40,859 bases of DNA from Acidobacteriota bacterium (GTDB lineage: Bacteria > Acidobacteriota > Thermoanaerobaculia > Multivoradales > J023): positions 1-40,859 of the forward strand of contig JBCCLG010000002.1 in assembly GCA_039027015.1 (NCBI GenBank), in the 5' to 3' direction. Each line of letters begins with the position of its first letter. Position 1 is the stretch's first letter. The translations under genes and the position numbers were made by a program. Under the pieces are notes generated by a model. The model made no database searches. It was not told where the DNA came from and worked only from the letters and a program-made list of their open reading frames with translations. Positions 14,862 through 21,103 of the stretch are shown in pieces.

Positions 14862-16513
14862 CAAAGCGACGCCAGGTGTTGATGCATGAAGTGCACGGCC
14901 ACCGAGCCTTCGCCCACCGCGGAGGCCACGCGCTTCACCGAGCGGTGGCGCACGTCGCCGGCGGCGAAAACGCCGGGCAGGCTCGTCTCGAGGAGAAAGG
15001 GAGATCGCTCGAGGGGCCACTCGCCCAGCTGCTCCGACGCGAGGTCCGGACCGGTGAGCACGAAGCCTCGCCCCTCGCGGGCCACGGCGGAGTCGAGCCA
15101 CTCGGTTCTCGGGCGAGCTCCGATAAACACAAAGACCGCGCTGGCGGCCTCCCGCCGCTCCTCGCCGTTCTGCCGCAGGGTCAGCGCCTCCAGACGCTCT
15201 TCGCCGTGGCATTGGGCGATCTCGGCGTGCAGGCGCACCTCGATGCGGGCGTGCTCCTCGATGCGCTCTACCAGGTAGTTCGACATCTTGGCGGCCAGGG
15301 AGCCGCCGCGCACCAAAACGACCACGCGCTCGGCCCAGTCGGCGAAATGCATGGCCGCCTGCCCGGCCGAGTTGCCGGCGCCGACCACGAAAACCGTTTC
15401 GCCGCGGAAATTCATCGCCTCGGTGAGGCTGGCGCCGTAGTACACGCCCCGGCCGGCCAGGGCCTCGGCGCCGGGGGCCGGCAGCTTGCGCCACGCTACG
15501 CCGCCAGAGAGCATCACGATATGGCTGGTGATCTCGCTGCCGTCGGCGAGCTTGAGGCGCCGGTAGCGCCCCTCGGCCTCGAGAGACCGCACCTCCACCG
15601 GGGTCAGAACCTCCACCCCGAAGCGCCGGGCCTGGGTGAGGGCCCGGTGGGCCAGGTCGGCGCCCGAGAGCCCCGAGGGAAAGCCCAGGTAATTCTCGAT
15701 CCGGCTGCTGGTTCCCGCCTGGCCGCCCGGCGCCTCGCGCTCGAGCAGCACCGTCTTGAGCCCCTCGGAGGCGGCGTAGACCGCCGCCGCCAGGCCCGCG
15801 GGACCGCCGCCGACGATCGCGACGTCATAGAAATCTTCGTGCGCCCGGGTCTGCAGGCCCACGGCCTCGGCCACCTCGGCCAGGCCGGGGTTGAACAGCT
15901 TCTCGCCGCTCTCGAGCACCACCATCGGCAGGTGCTCTTCGCTATCGCCGGGCGTAGACTCCGCCAGCTCGCGGGCCTCCTCTGAGGACTCGACCTGCAG
16001 ATATTGATAGGGCACGAGATTGCGCGCGAGGAAATCGCGAATCTCGTGACAGGCCGGCGACCAGCGCGATCCCACGATGCGAAGACCGCCGTAGCCGGGC
16101 TTAAAGCCCAGGCGCCAGTCGCCGAGCAGGTCATCGAGCACCGGGTAGAGAGCCTCCTCCGGAGGATCCCAGGGCTTGAGGAGGTAGTAGTCGAGCCGCG
16201 AGTCGTTGATCGCGCCGATCGCAGCCTCGGTGTCGGCATACGCCGTGAGCAGCACGCGCTTGGCCCCCGGGTGGACCTCCCGCGCCTGCGCCAGAAGCTC
16301 GACCCCCGACATCTCGGGCATGCGGTGATCCGAGAGAACGAGCGCCACCGCCTCGCCGCGCTCCCGCAGCTCCTCCAGGGTCTCGAGCGCCGCCGCGCCC
16401 GAATCCGCGCGCAAAATCGAGTACTCCTTGCCGTATCGGCGCCGCAGGTCCCGAGCGACCGCGCGCAGCACCTGGGGATCGTCATCGACGGTCAGAAGAA
16501 TCGGTCGGTTCAT
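14861..16513 (-). CDS. Fused response-regulator receiver, glutaredoxin-like and thioredoxin-reductase-like flavoprotein
   Basis: REC is ILLTVDDDP...LVLSDHRMPEMSG...KPW. The Grx-like segment is IVGSRWSPACHEIRDFLARNLVPYQYLQV. The FAD and NAD(P) Rossmann motifs are VAIVGGGPAGLAAA and VFVVGAGNSAGQAA, followed by GVFAAGDV. No CxxC is present. Confidence 0.9.
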   Translation of the reverse strand: MNRPILLTVDDDPQVLRAVARDLRRRYGKEYSILRADSGAAALETLEELRERGEAVALVLSDHRMPEMSGVELLAQAREVHPGAKRVLLTAYADTEAAIGAINDSRLDYYLLKPWDPPEEALYPVLDDLLGDWRLGFKPGYGGLRIVGSRWSPACHEIRDFLARNLVPYQYLQVESSEEARELAESTPGDSEEHLPMVVLESGEKLFNPGLAEVAEAVGLQTRAHEDFYDVAIVGGGPAGLAAAVYAASEGLKTVLLEREAPGGQAGTSSRIENYLGFPSGLSGADLAHRALTQARRFGVEVLTPVEVRSLEAEGRYRRLKLADGSEITSHIVMLSGGVAWRKLPAPGAEALAGRGVYYGASLTEAMNFRGETVFVVGAGNSAGQAAMHFADWAERVVVLVRGGSLAAKMSNYLVERIEEHARIEVRLHAEIAQCHGEERLEALTLRQNGEERREAASAVFVFIGARPRTEWLDSAVAREGRGFVLTGPDLASEQLGEWPLERSPFLLETSLPGVFAAGDVRHRSVKRVASAVGEGSVAVHFMHQHLASL

Positions 16514-16729
16514 GAGGGGGGACGCTCACTCTCGAAGTCGGCGCTTGATGGGTGGGCTTGCGGGATCGGCCACCCCAACAGCCGGGCGGCCCGCTGAATT
16601 CCCGAGGTCTGATAAGTATCGGACGCCGAGTCTATCCGCCCCTGTGCCAGAGGCTCGAGGGCCGCCAGAGGACGCGGGAGCGAGGCTTCAACCAAACTCT
16701 TTGACGACGGCATCCAGCAGGAGAAGACG

Positions 16730-17575
16730 ATGGTCCCCAATGCGCAAGTCCCCAGCACACGAGGTCTTCTGCGAGCGTCGGCCTGCTGCCTCGCCCTGAT
16801 CCTCGGCCTCTCAAGCGGCGCCTCGCCCGCTTTGCGACAGAGCTCCTTTCACAGGAGCCTTCACTGGCAGGCGAAGGATCGGTCCGTGGAGGGCCTGTTC
16901 ACCTTTTGGACGAACAAGACGGGGTCCGTAACGCGGGTGCTGGTGGCGGGCGCGGAGGGACGGAATCTGCTGCTCACGGAGGTCATCGATGCGGGCCGCG
17001 GAACGAGCACCTCGTGGCTCCGGGACGATGCGTCCGGATGGTCGGCGCGATTTGAGATCCGATACCCGGCGGGAGCGTCGAGCCTGAGGGAGTTTTTTCG
17101 CGCGGCCCATGCGGCAAAGACCGTGAACGCAAGGCTGAGCTGGGACGGCGGAGCAAGCTCCGAGCTTGAGCAAACCCCACAGCACACTTCAAAACTCCTG
17201 GCCCAGAACTTCGTTCAGGGTTTGGCGGAGCGCGGCGAACTCAGGACCGTCAGCGCCGCAATTCCTGAAGAGCTAGTGCCCGCGCTTTTCTTTCTCAAAG
17301 ATCACTTAAGCCCCGAGTCCTCCCTAGACGCCGACGATCCAAACGCCTCGGCGGCGTACGCCGTGAGAGCAGTGATCGAAGTCCTGACTCAAACAGCTGC
17401 TCGCCAGAGCGAAGAAGAGGACGATCGCGTCAGGCTCGAGACGCCGTGGGTCCTAAAGGTCGGCGCGATGCACAACGGGCACCTCCTAAAGGTCCCGGCA
17501 TTTGTCGAGCTCGCGGGTCGATTTCAGTCGATCGAAGGCGTCAGCCCGCTTTCGGACCTCGATCTCGTGCCTTGA
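16730..17575 (+). CDS. Hypothetical secreted protein
   Basis: ORF track, 281 aa. The N-terminus is signal-peptide-like (RGLLRASACCLALILGLSSGASPA). No family was recognised. The region looks somewhat lower in GC than its neighbours. Confidence 0.5.
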   Translation: MVPNAQVPSTRGLLRASACCLALILGLSSGASPALRQSSFHRSLHWQAKDRSVEGLFTFWTNKTGSVTRVLVAGAEGRNLLLTEVIDAGRGTSTSWLRDDASGWSARFEIRYPAGASSLREFFRAAHAAKTVNARLSWDGGASSELEQTPQHTSKLLAQNFVQGLAERGELRTVSAAIPEELVPALFFLKDHLSPESSLDADDPNASAAYAVRAVIEVLTQTAARQSEEEDDRVRLETPWVLKVGAMHNGHLLKVPAFVELAGRFQSIEGVSPLSDLDLVP

Positions 17576-17603
17576 AAGTCTTGACCGCGAGAGACCAACC
17601 GTC

Positions 17604-18842
17604 TCAGGTCTGAAGCTGATGAGAAATCAGGGAGCTCGCTCGAGCGATGAGCTCGCCCTCGTCCCACTGGCGCCGGGTTGCGGCGTGACGAACGCGGCCT
17701 TCTGCATCGAGAACGTAGGCCTCGATTTGATGCCGGTTGACCACGCTTGACACGTAGTTGACGCCGAGGTCGAAGTGGGCGCGCAGTCGCTCGAAGCCTT
17801 CGGGGAGGCGCAGCATCCTGTGGTTTTCCGCGGGCCGGGCTCCCCAGATCTCGGCGTAGCGCTTGAGCCTCGGCGGCAGGTCGTAGCCGGGGTCGTAGGT
17901 GATAGCGGCGGTCCTGATGGCGCCGCTGAGGCCCTGCTCCTCGAGCAGGCGCTGGGCGCGGCCCAGGCGAGTGACGGTCATGGCGCATTTGGTGGGGTTG
18001 TCGCAGCGGGTATAGAAGAAAACCACCAGGCTCGGCCGACCGATCAAAAAGTCGCCAAAGCGCACCGCCGCGCCGTCTTGATCCTGGAATTCGAGGTCCG
18101 CCAGGCTCGACGGATCGGCGGCGCCCTCGATTTCGCGGGCGCTCGAGGCGGGGGCGGGCTTGGATGCGGCGCAGCAGGATTCGGCCTCGGCGCTTTCGAG
18201 AACGTCGATCGTCCTGTCGAGGGCCGCTGACCACGAAGCCTCGGGACCGACTTCGCGCCGCAGCTCGCGCAGCCTCGGCAGGGCGACGCGGGCCCTCGGG
18301 CCCAGCCATTCGAGGGTCTTGAGAAGCTCGGCAACCGCGGTCGTGCGCTCACCCGCCACGCCGTAGCCGCCGTAGGCCTCGAGGGTGACCGAGTCGTCGC
18401 GCGAGCGAATATAGAGAAGGGCGCTCAGCAGCGGCTGCGTCCACTCGGCGCGCGGAGCGGAGCGGCGCAGGACCGCGGCGGCGGCGGCGGTGAGGTAGGC
18501 GTCGTGGCTGCTCTCCAGCTCCTCCAGCACGAAGGGCAGAGCCTCGGGCGTCAGCTCATCGAGGGCGAGGAGCAGCCAGCCGCGCATGCGGGTCACGGCG
18601 GCCGCGCCTCGGCCGTCGTATACCGGGTGGCTCTCAAGCAGCAGGGCCTCGATCTGCCCTGCGCGGCCCGGCACTGCGCGGCCCGGCACTGCGCGGCCCG
18701 GCACGGCGCGGCTGTCTCGCAGCCAGGCGATCAGCTCCTCCTCGCTGCGGATGGCAGGCGCGGGCGGCCGCTTGACGCGCTCCGGAGTCGCGGAGTCTTC
18801 AGAAGACGCGGAGCTCTCGGGAGACGAGCTGCAGCAGCTCAC
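17604..18842 (-). CDS. HEAT-like N-terminal domain fused to an SCO1/SenC-like thioredoxin-fold domain
   Basis: The C-terminal part of the 714-aa track ORF. GTG at 18842 forms a GTGA overlap with the upstream HEAT gene stop, with GAGG upstream. The SCO-like core is LVVFFYTRCDNPTKC ... NRHQIEAYVLDAEGRV. The start is uncertain. Confidence 0.65.
   Translation of the reverse strand: MSCCSSSPESSASSEDSATPERVKRPPAPAIRSEEELIAWLRDSRAVPGRAVPGRAVPGRAGQIEALLLESHPVYDGRGAAAVTRMRGWLLLALDELTPEALPFVLEELESSHDAYLTAAAAAVLRRSAPRAEWTQPLLSALLYIRSRDDSVTLEAYGGYGVAGERTTAVAELLKTLEWLGPRARVALPRLRELRREVGPEASWSAALDRTIDVLESAEAESCCAASKPAPASSAREIEGAADPSSLADLEFQDQDGAAVRFGDFLIGRPSLVVFFYTRCDNPTKCAMTVTRLGRAQRLLEEQGLSGAIRTAAITYDPGYDLPPRLKRYAEIWGARPAENHRMLRLPEGFERLRAHFDLGVNYVSSVVNRHQIEAYVLDAEGRVRHAATRRQWDEGELIARASSLISHQLQT
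18661..18712. repeat. 15-bp tandem repeat, 3 copies plus a 7-nt partial copy, in-frame inside the CDS
   Basis: The units are gcgcggcccggcact, gcgcggcccggcact, gcgcggcccggcacg, then gcgcggc. They encode RAVPG three times in the 17604-18842 protein. Confidence 0.9.
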
Positions 18843-19717
18843 CCATCGAGCCTCAGGAGCGCCTCGGCGTGACGCACGATCGCCGACGGGCCGTCGTCGC
18901 CCGAGGCGCTGGCGATCCCCAGCCCCTCGCCTTCGGTGACCTCGCGGGCCACCGCGCGAAAGCGCTTGGGATCGAGGGTGGTAAGCGCCGAGGCGGCCAG
19001 CTGGCGGACCTTGGAGTCTTCCGCGGGATCGGCGAAGAGGGCCGCGAAGCGATCTACCGACTCCGGATCGGCGCTCAGCAGGAGGAGCGCCTCGACGCGG
19101 GCGCGCGGGCTGGGCGGATCGTCGGCGATCTGCCGGGCGATCCCCTGAACCTCCGAGTGAATATCGTTGGCGAGAAGCGCCAGGGCGTCGGCGGGGTCGA
19201 CCAGCGCCCGGGCGGGATCGCGCAGGCCCGCCAGCAGGCGCTCCTGGGAGAAACGGTCCTTCTCCTGGCACAGAATCTCGAGGGCCAGCAGGCGAAGCTC
19301 GGCGTCGTCCGACTCGACCTCGGAACGCGCGGCGTCGAGAAAGGCGGGGCGCCACGCGTCGGCGGTCGGGCTTGCGAACGCCGACTGCCGCAGCAGCTGA
19401 AGGCCCGCCTTTTTGATCTCCGCCGACTCCTGGGGATCCTGAACCCTCTCGAGAGCCGCCAGGTGGGCGGTCTCGGGATCGGCGGACCGGGTCAGCAGGC
19501 CGGCGAGCGCGGCGGCGCGGGCGCGCGGATCGGCCTCGCGATTCGCCAGCAGCGCCCGGCGGGACTCCTCCAGGCGCGAGGCTCCCTCTGCGGGCAGGGC
19601 GGCCGCGATCCCCAACTCCCCCTCCTCGGGATCCTGCCCCCGCGCACGCTCGCTGGCGAGGGCGCGGGCCTGGGCAATCTCGTGCTCGATCTGTCGTCTG
19701 TAGTCTCGAACGCTCAT
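18839..19717 (-). CDS. HEAT/armadillo-like repeat protein
   Basis: ORF track, 292 aa, with GAGGAGAG upstream of the ATG. The protein is Ala/Leu/Asp/Arg-rich with about 30-aa helical repeats (DPRARAAALAGLL, DAELRLLALEIL, SPRARVEALLLL, SKVRQLAASAL). Confidence 0.7.
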   Translation of the reverse strand: MSVRDYRRQIEHEIAQARALASERARGQDPEEGELGIAAALPAEGASRLEESRRALLANREADPRARAAALAGLLTRSADPETAHLAALERVQDPQESAEIKKAGLQLLRQSAFASPTADAWRPAFLDAARSEVESDDAELRLLALEILCQEKDRFSQERLLAGLRDPARALVDPADALALLANDIHSEVQGIARQIADDPPSPRARVEALLLLSADPESVDRFAALFADPAEDSKVRQLAASALTTLDPKRFRAVAREVTEGEGLGIASASGDDGPSAIVRHAEALLRLDG

Positions 19718-19744
19718 CGTGTTCTCTCCTCTCGGCCCGAGCCT

Positions 19745-20986
19745 TCAACGTTCCTGGTACGGCACGGTGTCATAGCCGTAGCCGAGCCGACCGCCAGGGT
19801 CCACGCGTCCCTGGAAGTCGATCATGCCGCGCACGGTCGGCGCGTCGCCCGGAGCCGCGGCCAGGGGCGAAGAGGCCAAAGAGCCCCCGGGGGCGAAATC
19901 CGGGCGCGGAGGCGTGGTGACGCCGTTCCAGGGCCAGAGCGTGTCCTCGAGGCGGCGGCCGTCGATGTCCTGCCCGCGGTAGCTGGCGGGATCGTCGGGA
20001 TCGAAGCGGCCGTGAACCCACTGCCACAGCGCCCACAGGCGGTCGACGTTGGCGTGGAGCATGAAGAAGAGCGGGTCCTTGGCGGCGGTGGGGATCGACG
20101 AGATCCAGCCTTCGAAGGAGACGTGGGCGAGGCCGTGAGGATCACCTTCCATCTGCTGGCGAAAGCCCGCGAAAGCGTCGTCGAGCCCCAGGGTCTCCGC
20201 CTGGCCCATGGGCATCACGCCGCGATCGGGCCAGGCCGCTCGGCTGGTGGTGGTGTCGAAGTGGGCGCGGCGACGGATGCCCAGGGTGTTGTCGGTCGTC
20301 CAGGTGGAGAGAGGGTGCCCCGGAATGAAGTCCACCAGGCCGCCGTCGCCGGCCACGCCCATGAAGTCGCGGCGGAAGACGTTGGGCGCCGGCTCGTCCC
20401 AGCGCCAGTAGTGCAGCGAAACGCTCGGGTCGATGGCCTGAAGCTCGCGCTCGAGATCGAGCAGATAGGAGCGGTGCCAGGGCAGAAAGTGCGGTCCGCG
20501 GTGGGCCTGAGGGTTCGAGGCCGAAACGTGCATCGAGCGAAAGTCCGAGAAACGACCGAAACCGCGGTCGTTCAGCGCACCGAAGGCGGCGAGGAAACGA
20601 TCGCGCTCGGCGGGCAGCAGCAGATTCGCGTTCTTGCGCACGCGAACCATCAGCAGGATCTCGGCCAGCGCAACGCCGGCGCCGTCGCTGACGGCCAGGC
20701 GACAGTCGCGCTCCTCGATGCTCGGGTGGCCCCATTTGCCGCCAAGCCAAAAACTCACCCACTCCCCGCCCGCCGGAACATGCAGCTCCAGGGGTTCCCG
20801 AGGGGGCGCGTCGGGCGTAGGGTAGAAGACCGCTTCACCGCCGCCCTCGAGGGCGGCCTCGCTGCTCAACACCAGCTCCACAGGGCCGGCGACGTCGGTT
20901 TGGCGGATGCGGCACGGGGAGGGTGCATAGGCGACAAATCGCCGGGCTTCCCCCAGGGAGCCGTGGATCTCGATTTCGATGGACAT
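19745..20986 (-). CDS. Tyrosinase / type-3 copper polyphenol oxidase with an extra N-terminal domain of about 115 aa
   Basis: CuA is HRGPHFLPWHRSYLLDLE and CuB is HGLAHV...FFMLHANVDRLWALWQ. The ATG at 20986 is preceded by GGGAGGA. No signal or Tat motif was seen. Confidence 0.9.
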   Translation of the reverse strand: MSIEIEIHGSLGEARRFVAYAPSPCRIRQTDVAGPVELVLSSEAALEGGGEAVFYPTPDAPPREPLELHVPAGGEWVSFWLGGKWGHPSIEERDCRLAVSDGAGVALAEILLMVRVRKNANLLLPAERDRFLAAFGALNDRGFGRFSDFRSMHVSASNPQAHRGPHFLPWHRSYLLDLERELQAIDPSVSLHYWRWDEPAPNVFRRDFMGVAGDGGLVDFIPGHPLSTWTTDNTLGIRRRAHFDTTTSRAAWPDRGVMPMGQAETLGLDDAFAGFRQQMEGDPHGLAHVSFEGWISSIPTAAKDPLFFMLHANVDRLWALWQWVHGRFDPDDPASYRGQDIDGRRLEDTLWPWNGVTTPPRPDFAPGGSLASSPLAAAPGDAPTVRGMIDFQGRVDPGGRLGYGYDTVPYQER

Positions 20987-21077
20987 ACCGTCCTCCCTCA
21001 CTCGCTCCGGATAGATTTGGCCGAATCATCTCATCGAGGCCTGAGAGTGATCAAGCTAAGACGGTAGCGTCCGCCTA

Positions 21078-21097
21078 AATGAGAATCTGTTATCATT
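21078..21097. promoter_or_regulatory. Candidate Fur-family (Fur/Zur-like) operator
   Basis: AATGAGAA-tctg-TTATCATT has 8-nt arms matching 7/8 as an inverted repeat. It resembles the AATGATAATCATT core of Fur boxes. It is the most AT-rich stretch of the divergent promoter region, ending 6 nt before the permease ATG and starting 92 nt from the tyrosinase ATG. Confidence 0.4.
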
Positions 21098-21103
21098 AAA
21101 GCC

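Noticed and set aside
12732-15494. The 920-aa version of the antiporter ORF and the 640-aa version of the kinase ORF (11275-13197).
   Set aside because: The N-terminal extensions are Arg/Gly/Pro-rich and overlap the upstream genes by hundreds of nt. Internal ATGs at 14861 and 12735 have SD sequences or coupled overlaps and give native-looking N-termini.
17604-19748. The single 714-aa ORF in the track spanning the whole tyrosinase-downstream region.
   Set aside because: Its N-terminal roughly 300 aa is Arg/Gly/Pro-rich shadow sequence overlapping the well-formed HEAT-repeat ORF in another frame (18839-19717, with a good SD). Only the C-terminal part, from the GTG at 18842, looks genuinely coding.
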